This document shows positions 1 to 9,405 of a DNA stretch of 64,000 bases, piece after piece; the stretch's first letter is position 1; every line of letters begins with the position of its first letter. Where the stretch lies: positions 96,001 through 160,000 of the forward strand of contig JANRKS010000031.1 of the NCBI GenBank assembly GCA_033763315.1, in the 5' to 3' direction. Origin of the DNA: Deltaproteobacteria bacterium (GTDB taxonomy: Bacteria > Myxococcota_A > Polyangia > Fen-1088). A program made the position numbers and the translations under genes. The notes below the pieces were generated by a model that saw only the letters and a program-made list of their open reading frames with translations, did not search any database and had not been told where the DNA came from.

Positions 1-1175
1 ATGGTTGCATGAGGTAACCAAAATCCACGTCGGTGATGCCAGCGGAAGGCACGGCGCTCTTCAGCCACTTCACACCATCATTTGACGTGGATCCATAAGA
101 CACGAACACGCCCGCGCCATAAGCGACGCGGTCCTGTGGCACCATGAAACCTTTTTCGCTTTGCCAGGTTTTGCCGTCGGTGGATTTGTAGACGTTGCCA
201 TCGGTGCCGCCGTAAACGAAGCTCGTGCCGGTAAACACAATCCACGCTCCGCCGGGCCCACCTGCAGCCGTCCAGGTCGTGGCGTCGGCGGACGTTTGCC
301 GTGAGGATCCTACGGCTATGAATACGCCGTTGCCAAAGGCAACCGATCTCCATTCATTGCCGGATGTGATGCGTGTCCAGGTGCGGCCGTCACCGGACTG
401 CACGCGTTTGCCACCATCGCCCCATGCGATGAACTTGCCGCCGGCGAACGTCATCTGGCGCAAAATGCCGCCAAAACTGAGCGATCCTTTGTCGGTGTTC
501 ACTTCCCACTTGTACCCGTCATCGGAGCGGGCCGCGTAATGACCACTGACGCTCACCCAGATGTTGTTGCCGAACGCGACCTCGCTCAGGCCAGGGGCGC
601 CCGTCATAAACTCTTTCCACGTTTTTCCATCAGCCGTCGTTAGCAGGCGTCCTGTGGCGCCCGCGCTGCCGCCGCCCGCCACGCACAACCCATTGCCGCA
701 ACCAATGCCGCGCAGAAGATGTGGATCATCGCCACCGCCGCCGCTGGTGATCGAATCAACCCATGTTTTGCCGAGATCGCGCGATACGATGCGAATGCCG
801 GAATAACCCGCTGCCGCGAACGTGGGGGTGCCTTTGGGGGGGGGGCTCCTCAGGTGTGGTGCCCGCGTCACTGGCCGATGCGCTTGTGCCTCCAGCGCCG
901 CCTGTCATGGCTGCGGCGTCGGCGCTTACGCCCCCTGCACCGGCCCGGCCGCTTGCCCCTGCGGTGCTGCTGCCGCCCATGTTGTTGCCAACGTTATTGC
1001 CACCGCCAGCACCACCAGCGCTGTCGCTGTCACCGCCATTGCCGCCATTGTCGTCTTGCACTCTTTCATCTGCGGCACCCTGGCAGGCGCCGAGAGTGGT
1101 GATGAAAACAAAGAGCTTCGCTAAACCCGCAACAGGCCCGCGCGTGCTCAACGTCTGGAACTGCTTGACGTTCAT
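1..1175 (-). pseudogene. Lipoprotein with Gly-rich linker and BNR/Asp-box beta-propeller repeats, frameshifted at a G10 tract (836-845); runs off the window start
   Basis: ORF 1175-756 has lipobox LGAC and a Gly-rich linker. Removing one base from the G10 run joins it to an open frame from 835 to 2 reading KGTPTFAAAGYSGIRIVSRDLGKTW...TADGKTW...SDDGYKW...SGDGRTW...STDGKTW (Asp-box motifs). Confidence 0.8.
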
Positions 1176-1348
1176 GCCCAGTAATTATGCCTGCAAATCA
1201 ACCATTCGTGGCTGCACAAAGAGTGGACGAGACATCGCATTTGCCTGGAATTTACGACGATGGCCATCTGCTGCCGCGTTGCGAACCTAACGGACTAGAT
1301 CTATTTGACCCCGGGCGAGCCTGGACTGCCAGGTTGCGCCTGCCACGC

Positions 1349-1765
1349 CTAAAGTGCGTCGGGGTTGGCGCCGGCATCGGGCACAGGCGCGCGGTAGCCA
1401 AACAGGGTTTGCTTTTCCGCTTCCGGGGTCAGCTTCACTGTCAGGCGATAGTCGTTAAACGTGTAGGCCCGCGTGTGAACAGGCAAGAAGCCCTGCGCTG
1501 TCACCGTGACATCCAACGGTCCGCTGTCACGCGGGCGCTCGATAACCAACGTGCGGCGCTCTTTGATCATGCCAAGGCGTTTTCGGCCCCACCACACCTG
1601 CGCTCTGACGGGCGGCACCGTTGCAAACGTGATTGTGACGTTGTCACTTTCACTTTCGTTCGGTGCGGCGGGTGTTTGTGCGGCACCAGGCTTGGCGAAC
1701 CACGCGGCCAGCACGCTGAGCGCGAGGATGATCGGGCCCGCAAAACGCGATGAAGACTTGATCAT
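1349..1765 (-). CDS. Small secreted protein with PEGA-like beta domain
   Basis: Signal peptide followed by ITFATVPPVRAQVWWG...LDVTVTAQGFLP; 4-bp ATGA overlap with the upstream transpeptidase. Confidence 0.7.
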   Translation of the reverse strand: MIKSSSRFAGPIILALSVLAAWFAKPGAAQTPAAPNESESDNVTITFATVPPVRAQVWWGRKRLGMIKERRTLVIERPRDSGPLDVTVTAQGFLPVHTRAYTFNDYRLTVKLTPEAEKQTLFGYRAPVPDAGANPDAL

Positions 1766-3870
1766 GGTGCGCCTCCTTCGTCAGGCGAAGCTGTTGTTCC
1801 GGCCCCTCCGCCGGCGCGGCCCTCGGATGAGTTAGGCAAAGCGGGTGGTGGGCCTGGATAAACGACGTGAGGCATCGGGACATATGTGGTGATCGGCGTT
1901 TTCTGTTCGCCTTTGATCTCTCCCTCCAGCACGTCGACGGGCAAAGGTGGCTCCAATTGATAACGAAACCCCCGCGACGGCAGCCGCATCTCGTAAACGT
2001 CGTTGCCCTTGAGAAACTGCCGCGAAAAATCCATGGCCTGATCGCCTGCCACGCGCATGTTGCGGTGACGCAGGATGAACGAGTACAGCCGAATGGCCAA
2101 ATGGTTGGGCAGCCTGTGGCAGCCATGCGAGAAGCCACTGGCGCTGTACATCGAAAGGTATTCCGAAGAGCCGTGCGCGCGGATGCCGTTGTCCCAGTCG
2201 GGCCGCCCATCTTTGCCGGGCACAACGAAGTAGCCGGCCACCAAGCCGTAAGCCGACAAGAAGCCGGGGCCGAGCTCGTCGTAATTGACAACCAGTTGCG
2301 AGCGACCGAACACGCGTTTCGTTTTGACCAAACCGCGGATCGGGGTGGATTCTGGCGCGATCCACACCGGGCCTGCCACAACGTTGCGAATCACACGGGG
2401 ACCAACGTCCGAGCCTTTGTAGCGATAGTATTCATACCCATCGCTTGCTTGTTCTGCGCGCCAACCGCCCACCGTGGTGCGCCAACGAACAAGCGGAACT
2501 CTTTGACCTTTCTGGTTCACATACAGCGTAAAGCTGGGAAACTTTTTGCGCGGTTGCGGCACCGGCTTTCCATCGGCGTCGAAGGGCAGCCCGTACCACA
2601 CGTCCCCTCGATCGATGACGATCGAAAGCTCCATGTGCGGCTTATAGTACTCAGGCAACGCCGGCAGCCGCACGGCCACACGCAGTGGTGAAGCGGTGTC
2701 ATGGCGCCGAAAAAAGCTCAGCGCGCCTTCGATCGTGTCGATGCCCAGCGACTTCGTGGTGAGGTCAGTCAAATCGTCAGCCAGGTTTGGCACAGGAAGC
2801 TTTGTGCCTGCCGCTGATGGAAATTGCGGCGGACCCTTGCTGGTGTTTGCCGAGCCGTCCTCCAACACCCCCGCGGCGTCAACAATCCTTTCCCTTAAAA
2901 CGCGCTTGAGCGCGAGTAAGTCGTTTTCCAAAGTTGATCGCGCCAAGGCTTCGACGGTGGCTTTGCGCAGATAGTTCGATTCATAGATCATATGCTTTTG
3001 TTGAAAGCCTTTGACCGCCAAGCGAAGGGCGTCGTCGTAACTGCCCTTCTTGTGCCCGCTTTTGGAATTGGGTTTGTCTTCCAAGAAGCCTTCGCACGTC
3101 AGCCGATGTTCCACGGCGGCCAACGCAGCCCGTTCGGCGGTGCGCTTTTGTGCCAGCTTCACCTTTGCCGCGAGATCCGGCTGGCGTTCGGCAAGTTCGT
3201 CAAGAGTGGCCACGTTGTGCTTGCGAGCCGCCTTTTCTAGCTCAGCCTGAAGGCGCGCGGTCTTCTCCTCTTCGGCACGGATACGCGAAGGTTCAACGTA
3301 AGAGACCGACTCAACCGCTTCCAGCACTTCGCGGCTGGTGCCGTCGTGACAAGAGCGGTCGGCGTCCCTCAAAAAACGAGCGCGCAACACAGAAAGCGAA
3401 GGCGGAATCCCGTAGAGCTCAAGGTAATTCTTTTCGCCTTCGGGTAAGGGCTCGCCATCTTCATCCAGGCGATCGTTGGCAAGGCCAACGAACACACGCC
3501 GGTATCGGTTGTGCAGCGGCTGCCCCTCGGGGCCCTGATGCTCTGCAAAAATGAACGGCGTCCAAGCGTCCGATAGATCAACGATTGTGTAACCCGCACC
3601 CGTGGCCGAGCCGGCATCCACCCAACTCTCTTTGCCGTCCTGCACCAGCAGCACGCGGCGGTCGGCCGGCACATCCGCCTGGGCGGCGACGGGTTCCGGG
3701 CGCGACGGGGCAGGGGGCGTTTGGGACGGCGGATGGGCCGCGGGCTCTGTGTGAGGGGCAGGCGCGCTGATGGTCGGCGCCGGTGGTGAGGTCCGGCAGC
3801 CAGCGATGAACACCACCGAAGCCAAAGGCATCACCAGCCGCCAAGGCAAGCGACAAACAAACGAGGTCAT
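1762..3870 (-). CDS. L,D-transpeptidase (YkuD-type) lipoprotein with probable peptidoglycan-binding domain
   Basis: Lipobox IAGC, Pro-rich linker, PG-binding-like G.YDDALRLAVKGFQ, catalytic IRAHGS...SHGCHRL. Confidence 0.85.
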   Translation of the reverse strand: MTSFVCRLPWRLVMPLASVVFIAGCRTSPPAPTISAPAPHTEPAAHPPSQTPPAPSRPEPVAAQADVPADRRVLLVQDGKESWVDAGSATGAGYTIVDLSDAWTPFIFAEHQGPEGQPLHNRYRRVFVGLANDRLDEDGEPLPEGEKNYLELYGIPPSLSVLRARFLRDADRSCHDGTSREVLEAVESVSYVEPSRIRAEEEKTARLQAELEKAARKHNVATLDELAERQPDLAAKVKLAQKRTAERAALAAVEHRLTCEGFLEDKPNSKSGHKKGSYDDALRLAVKGFQQKHMIYESNYLRKATVEALARSTLENDLLALKRVLRERIVDAAGVLEDGSANTSKGPPQFPSAAGTKLPVPNLADDLTDLTTKSLGIDTIEGALSFFRRHDTASPLRVAVRLPALPEYYKPHMELSIVIDRGDVWYGLPFDADGKPVPQPRKKFPSFTLYVNQKGQRVPLVRWRTTVGGWRAEQASDGYEYYRYKGSDVGPRVIRNVVAGPVWIAPESTPIRGLVKTKRVFGRSQLVVNYDELGPGFLSAYGLVAGYFVVPGKDGRPDWDNGIRAHGSSEYLSMYSASGFSHGCHRLPNHLAIRLYSFILRHRNMRVAGDQAMDFSRQFLKGNDVYEMRLPSRGFRYQLEPPLPVDVLEGEIKGEQKTPITTYVPMPHVVYPGPPPALPNSSEGRAGGGAGTTASPDEGGAP

Positions 3871-3944
3871 AAGAGGACGACATCATATCGGCTCTTCGGA
3901 CGAAAACCGCAAAAAGCGGCCGTTCTTTTGGGTAAAGCCAGCCC

Positions 3945-5384
3945 TCACGGCCGCTTGCGCACTTGCAGAACCGCCATCATCCCGAGCTGGGCGTGATCCA
4001 GGATGTGACAGTGGAACATCCACATGCCGGGGCGGTCGTCGAAGGTCACCACGAAACGCAGCGTTTCGCCGGCGGGGACATTCACGCTGTCCTTAAGCTC
4101 GCGCACAGGCCACGGCTTGCCATCCAGATCCAAAATCTCGAAGGCGAAGCCGTGCAAGTGAAACGGATGGTCGTACTTGGTGCCGTTCACCACTTCCCAT
4201 GTCTCCGTGTCACCCACGTAGGCAAGGTGCATGGGCTCTGCATGGGCCTCGTGGTGCCCTTCTTCACCACCAAAGGTCTGGCCGTTGATCGTGAGGTAGC
4301 CGACTCCGTCGATCACCTTTTCCCCCAGCTCGATGCGGCGATGATGCGCGTTTGTCAGATCGCGCGCGGGCAACACTCGCAACGGATTGGGGAGCTTCAT
4401 CGGCGCCCCGCCGCCTTTGACCATCTGCAAATTGATAAGCGGTTCATCTGGGTGAATCGCGCCAATGCCAAATCGATTTGGATCCTGGTACATGACGGCA
4501 AAGCCTTCGGCAGCAGAGGCGGGCGGCGTGAAGATCACCTCGGCGCGTTCGGACGGTGCGAGCAGCAACGAATCGAGTGTCTGCGGGTGTTCCATCAACC
4601 CCACATCTGAACCCACGCGCACAAGTGGCGTGCCAGGCACTTTCATCTTCAGAAAGCGCGCCCGCGCTGCATTGATGATGCGCCAACGTTGTGGCAAGCC
4701 CACCCGCGCTTTGAGCCCCGGTTTCAGCTTGCCGTTGATCAGCAGCGCTGCGCCTTCGCGGCCGAAATAGTCCCCGAACCAGCCGCTTTCATCTCCCGCT
4801 TGCAGTTGGCCATCCTTCGTCAACGACATATCGCTGAACATCAGCACAACGTCATCAACGGCGAGCGGATCGGCGGGGTCATCCACCACCAAGGGACCAT
4901 AAAGACCGTAGCCCACTTGTGACGATGAATTCATGTGCGGGTGGTACCAAAAGGTGCCCGCGTCAGGCAACACGAAGTCGTATGTGAAAGACGCCCCCGG
5001 CATCACGGGGCTCTGCACGGCGTTTGACCCATCCATATCTGCCGTGATCTGAAGCCCATGCCAATGGACGGTTGTGGCTTCTGGCAGGTGGTTGGTGAAG
5101 TGAACGATCACACGATCGCCGCGCTTTGCGCGCAAAAGAGGGCCGGGAACGGAACCGTTATACGTCCACGTTTCGGTCTGCACGCCAGGCTTGATTTGCA
5201 CCATGCCCAAACGCGCGTCGAGGTTTACTTCCAGCACATTTGGATCGGGGTTCAGATCCTCGACGAGCGGCAAGGCCACATCTTGATCCCACGCTTCTGG
5301 TTGCGACACAGGCTCTGCGGGCGCTTCGCAACCAGCACTCAAGCAAACGCCCAGCGCAACGGTGATGATCCTGCCGGCCGTCAT
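3945..5384 (-). CDS. Three-domain multicopper oxidase, lipoprotein
   Basis: Copper motifs HWHG, WYHPH, HPFHLHG, HCHILDH..M; lipobox LSAGC; start trimmed to ATG 5384. Confidence 0.93.
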   Translation of the reverse strand: MTAGRIITVALGVCLSAGCEAPAEPVSQPEAWDQDVALPLVEDLNPDPNVLEVNLDARLGMVQIKPGVQTETWTYNGSVPGPLLRAKRGDRVIVHFTNHLPEATTVHWHGLQITADMDGSNAVQSPVMPGASFTYDFVLPDAGTFWYHPHMNSSSQVGYGLYGPLVVDDPADPLAVDDVVLMFSDMSLTKDGQLQAGDESGWFGDYFGREGAALLINGKLKPGLKARVGLPQRWRIINAARARFLKMKVPGTPLVRVGSDVGLMEHPQTLDSLLLAPSERAEVIFTPPASAAEGFAVMYQDPNRFGIGAIHPDEPLINLQMVKGGGAPMKLPNPLRVLPARDLTNAHHRRIELGEKVIDGVGYLTINGQTFGGEEGHHEAHAEPMHLAYVGDTETWEVVNGTKYDHPFHLHGFAFEILDLDGKPWPVRELKDSVNVPAGETLRFVVTFDDRPGMWMFHCHILDHAQLGMMAVLQVRKRP

Positions 5385-5442
5385 GGACTCACACTTTGGC
5401 CCGGAACCGCTGCTTGGCGAGGTTGCATACAGCAACACTCAT

Positions 5443-5458
5443 TGCAGCGCCCGTGCCA
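5443..5458 (-). promoter_or_regulatory. Sigma54 -24/-12 promoter of the multicopper oxidase gene
   Basis: Minus strand TGGCACGGGCGCTGCA, a near-perfect TGGCACG-N4-TTGCW with GG-N10-GC spacing. Confidence 0.75.
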
Positions 5459-5584
5459 GTCTTGCCTCAAGCTGTTTCGTGAGCGCGGACGCCGCAAACG
5501 CGCAAGTTCTGCGATTGGAAACAAACTGGATGCAAGCCGCGCCCGAAATGGCTCCCGCAAACCTCGGCCGCCTGGGGCCCACTG

Positions 5585-7210
5585 TTACGGGTTCTCGGCC
5601 AGGCGCAACGTGCCCGTGGTGACACGGTAGTTGACGCCCATGCCACTTGTGACCTCCACTTTTGCTGCGGCACCCACCGCGCTGTATTTGCCAAGCGCAT
5701 CGGCGGCCTGCACGGACGGCGTCCACGTGTTCCCTACCGCGGTGGCCACAAAGCCGCCTGCGGTCAGCGCCACACCTACGGCATTGCCCGTGAAAGTGTT
5801 TGCGCCCGGCGACAGCAGCGTGCCAAGGTCCGCCACAGAGCCGCTGTAACAAACGATATTGACGCCAACATTGCCGTTGTTGGTGATCTTCGCGTTGCGC
5901 AGCTTCACGTTGCAGGTGCCCGGCGCGCCCGTGGTCACGCTGACGCCCTCTTGCGCGTTGGCTGAGATCTCGCCGCCTTCGATGTCTAACTTGGCTGAAG
6001 TGCCCATTTGAATGCCGGCCTGTGTGTGGTTGATCACGCGCGTGTTCCGCAAGCGAACCTCGGCGGTTGTGCCGGTGCCTTGGTGGACGCCCAGTCGATT
6101 CGCATCGAACAAGGTGTTGCTCGCTTCGATGACGGCGCCTCCACTGTATCCATATTCGACGCCAATTCCGATGCCATTGTTTTTGATCGCGCTGTCAGTT
6201 AAGGCGATTGTTGCGCCCACGCCGCGTACGCTGATCCCATAATTGCTGAAGCCACGAATTTCGCTGCCCATATCAAGAACGACGTGGCCAACCCCCAGTC
6301 CCATCCCGCGAGCCGCGGTGGCCACGTTGGTCAAGGTGACGCCCGACAAGCGCACGCGCGAGTTATCGACCACGATGATGGTGCCTGAACCTGACGTTAT
6401 GGCCGCTTTGCCGCTGTTTATCTTCATTTGCTTGACGTTCACTTCTGAAGCGCCCCGCACGGTGAGGAATTGGCAACCGAGGCCATCACTGGCACTGTCG
6501 ATGAGGTCGCCTCCCGAGAAGGTGAGCTTGGCCGCATCATCCACGTAGACCGCCGCCTCCCATCCGGAACCACCGCAACCGTAGACACCCGAGAACGTGC
6601 TGCCTTCAATCACGTTGCCGACGCCCCGAACATCAATCTGGCCACCTTGACCTGTGGGACGATGAAAATGGATGTTCTTGAGAGTTCCGCCCCTCAAACA
6701 CACGCCATAGGAGCCAGTGACACGAACGGTGGCTTGACGTGCGTTGACAGCGGCAAGAGTAACCCCCGTGGGAACCACGAGTCCCGTATCAATCGTGCAA
6801 GGGCCCGCTGTGGCCACAGCCAATTTCGGATCCACGCTCGCGTCCCACACGCCATCGAGCAGCCACACAGTGTCGTTTGCAGCCGCCTTGGATAGCGCTT
6901 TGCTAATTGTCTTGAGCGGCGCGGCCATCGTGCCTGCATTTGTATCAACACCTGTGGGGCTCACGTAGAAGGCCATCCCGAGCGGCACTGCATCCACGCC
7001 CGTGTCACTTGCCACGGCGGCCTCACTTGCAACGGCGTCTTGGGGGGGCGAAGCCGCGTCGCTGGTGGCGGCGTCACCCGGGGGGCCCGAGTCAAAGGCA
7101 ACCGAAATGTCGCCATCTTGCGGCGGGCGCCGGCTTGTTTCGTCGTCACAAGCCACAAGCAGGGCACACCAAGCGACGCCCATCACCAAAGCCATTTGCT
7201 TGCACAGCAT
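5585..7210 (-). CDS. Right-handed parallel beta-helix lipoprotein (DUF1565/pectate-lyase-like)
   Basis: Lipobox LVAC, DA-rich linker, FYVSPTG.D...GT.AAPLKTISKAL motif and repeated I..N..G beta-helix turns; start set at ATG 7210. Confidence 0.8.
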   Translation of the reverse strand: MLCKQMALVMGVAWCALLVACDDETSRRPPQDGDISVAFDSGPPGDAATSDAASPPQDAVASEAAVASDTGVDAVPLGMAFYVSPTGVDTNAGTMAAPLKTISKALSKAAANDTVWLLDGVWDASVDPKLAVATAGPCTIDTGLVVPTGVTLAAVNARQATVRVTGSYGVCLRGGTLKNIHFHRPTGQGGQIDVRGVGNVIEGSTFSGVYGCGGSGWEAAVYVDDAAKLTFSGGDLIDSASDGLGCQFLTVRGASEVNVKQMKINSGKAAITSGSGTIIVVDNSRVRLSGVTLTNVATAARGMGLGVGHVVLDMGSEIRGFSNYGISVRGVGATIALTDSAIKNNGIGIGVEYGYSGGAVIEASNTLFDANRLGVHQGTGTTAEVRLRNTRVINHTQAGIQMGTSAKLDIEGGEISANAQEGVSVTTGAPGTCNVKLRNAKITNNGNVGVNIVCYSGSVADLGTLLSPGANTFTGNAVGVALTAGGFVATAVGNTWTPSVQAADALGKYSAVGAAAKVEVTSGMGVNYRVTTGTLRLAENP

Positions 7211-7493
7211 TTTGTTCTCCCTCACAGAACGCAGACAACCCGTGACATTCCCCCCAACTCTGGACGGGACACTTGGCTGCTTCTGGACGATCGCCACCGT
7301 CACAAACCATGTTTTGCGCACGTTGCCTATGGTAACAGCGTCGGGCGACGGTTTTCACCAAAGTTGTCGATACAAGCTTTCAAGAGCTATTGCCAACAAG
7401 CTGAAATAGACAACCGGGGCTCCGACGGCTATCAAGGTAACTTCCTCCCGTCAAAGCCAGGCGCGCTAGGCGCTACCACCCGCACATGGAGAT

Positions 7494-7994
7494 TTGGTTG
7501 TGAGCACAAGCCCAGGGACAACAAGACATTCAGTCACCCGCAGCCATGATCGGCTGCAGGCCGCACTGACCTCGAAGCAGGCCTCGGCCAAGCCTGGATC
7601 GTGCAAGGCCGAGTGCGAAACACTGGGCGGCTCACTGTTCGTTGAAACCGGCGGTGTCAACGGTGGACTGCGAGCCGATTTTTACCAAGTGGACTCCAAG
7701 CATTACCACCTGCGAGTGGGCGATCAACTTGTTGACCCCACCGTTTACCAATTCTTCAACGTACCTGCAGGATTTCAGGGAAGCGTGTTGGCCGGGCCAA
7801 AGGATCGCTTTGTGTCCGCGTTGCGCGAGCTGCACGCGAAGTTCGGATACGCCCGCATCGTTGACACCAAGGTGCAGAACGTCGATCAGTTCTTTGAAGA
7901 GTATTGGGGCAAGGCCACGCTCTACAAAAGCGGCAACGAACTGTACGAACACGTTGGCAAGGCTACGGGGCGCGTTCGCGGCTATTACAAGTAG
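7494..7994 (+). CDS. Hypothetical protein, possibly an orphan or truncated papain/transglutaminase-like domain
   Basis: Coding-like composition; GSC...KHYHL...LVDPTVYQF pattern; weak TTG start with an in-frame TAG at 7467. Confidence 0.45.
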   Translation: MVVSTSPGTTRHSVTRSHDRLQAALTSKQASAKPGSCKAECETLGGSLFVETGGVNGGLRADFYQVDSKHYHLRVGDQLVDPTVYQFFNVPAGFQGSVLAGPKDRFVSALRELHAKFGYARIVDTKVQNVDQFFEEYWGKATLYKSGNELYEHVGKATGRVRGYYK

Positions 7995-8147
7995 CCCGCA
8001 CACCTGTAGGCGCTCAGAACCTGCGATCAAGGGCCTCATTCAGGGCGATGGGTAAGTTACGGGCATTTGGATCGGAATAGCTCGCCTGGGATGGCAAACC
8101 AGCCACAAAAAGCATGTTCGGCTTCGTGCATTGCTTCGCTTCAGACG

Positions 8148-8185
8148 GTGCATACATTTGCACCCCCTGGTGAAAGTTTTTGCAC
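8148..8185. promoter_or_regulatory. Tandem palindromic sites (GTGCAW-N4-TTGCAC), candidate EBP-binding enhancer
   Basis: GTGCATACATTTGCAC (8148-8163) and GTGAAAGTTTTTGCAC (8170-8185), 22 bp apart, upstream of the FHA-EBP operon. Confidence 0.5.
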
Positions 8186-8298
8186 ACCTTGCCCTCCTTA
8201 GGCGTCAATGGGAAACTTCACGGTCCCACACGAAACGCCGATGTGAGAAGGTGCATAGTGTGGGTTTCGGGGCTTCTGGTCGCACAAAATTTCTATCG

Positions 8299-9390
8299 AT
8301 GCGGCATTCCTTTCTATTTACGTTTGGGTTCATCGCCAGCTCTTTGAGTTCTCTCGCCGGCTGTTCGCTGAGCGTCGACGGCAGCGCGTATTCGACACCA
8401 GAGCAGGTGCCGTCCACCGGTTTGCGTTTCTTGTTGTTGGGCGGATCCCGCGCGGCGGCCACAGGGAATGAGGCAACATCAGATGTGTTGTGGCTGGCGC
8501 TGGATCCACAAGGGAACCCGCAAAGCGTGACTTCGGCCTTTGGCCTGCCGTCTGGTCGCGTCGAAGGCGTGCTACGCAACGGTGAACAACTGTTGGTATT
8601 GGGTTACAACACCGAAAAGCGGAGCTTCTTGGCCCGCGCTGAAAAGGCCGCGGGAAGCCTCGGTGCGTGGCTTGACGCTCCCGTGGCTGACCCTCCCCGC
8701 ACAAGCTCGGTCACCTTGCTCACGCATACGGCGGTGTTTCGGCTCAGTGGCAGCAGTGAGGTTCACGAAGCGCCGCAGACCGACGTTGCTGTGGCCACGC
8801 TGCAAACATCGCCCTTGGCAATCTCGGCCTGGACAACCTCCCCCACGAAATTGCGCACGCCGCGTTGGTCACCAAGCGCTCTGGAAGCCAATGGTTTCGT
8901 TTACGTTGTGGGGGGGCTAACGACACCCGAAAGCAACCCCACCGCACTGCCTGACGTTGAGTTCAGTAAACTCTCCAATGACAAGACGACGCTCGGTGAG
9001 TTTGTAACCACCAACAGCCTGCCCATGCCCTTGGCGGACGTCACTTTGGCGGCCACGCGAACCTATCTGCTGGCCCTGGGCGGGAAGCGCAAAGGTTTGA
9101 CGACGGAGTCGGTGGATACCATCTATGCGGCTGCCATCGATGCCACCTCTGGCGCCCTTGGCGTCTGGAAAGAGGTGGGGCGCTTGCCGCTGCCCGCGTC
9201 TGGGATTGGCGCGGGAGCAGCCGGCGATCGCTTGGTGCTTGTGGGTGGTAACCTCGAACAAGTTGATCGTTTCTCGCCTGATATTTACGTTGCCCGTGTT
9301 GGTGCAGACGGGATGTTGGGCGCATGGCAAACAAACAAAAGTGTTCAATTGCCAGGCGGCTACCAAGGCCAATTCGTTATTCCCTTTTAA
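8299..9390 (+). CDS. Kelch-repeat beta-propeller lipoprotein
   Basis: Lipobox LAGC; repeated hydrophobic-GG...W Kelch blades (LLLGG, YVVGG, LALGG, VLVGG); start ATG 8299. Confidence 0.8.
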   Translation: MRHSFLFTFGFIASSLSSLAGCSLSVDGSAYSTPEQVPSTGLRFLLLGGSRAAATGNEATSDVLWLALDPQGNPQSVTSAFGLPSGRVEGVLRNGEQLLVLGYNTEKRSFLARAEKAAGSLGAWLDAPVADPPRTSSVTLLTHTAVFRLSGSSEVHEAPQTDVAVATLQTSPLAISAWTTSPTKLRTPRWSPSALEANGFVYVVGGLTTPESNPTALPDVEFSKLSNDKTTLGEFVTTNSLPMPLADVTLAATRTYLLALGGKRKGLTTESVDTIYAAAIDATSGALGVWKEVGRLPLPASGIGAGAAGDRLVLVGGNLEQVDRFSPDIYVARVGADGMLGAWQTNKSVQLPGGYQGQFVIPF

Positions 9391-9405
9391 CCCGCACGCC
9401 ACCCT

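Noticed and set aside
8168-8185. TGGTGAAAGTTTTTGCAC as a sigma54 promoter
   Set aside because: GG-to-GC spacing is 11, not 10; better read as the palindromic site.
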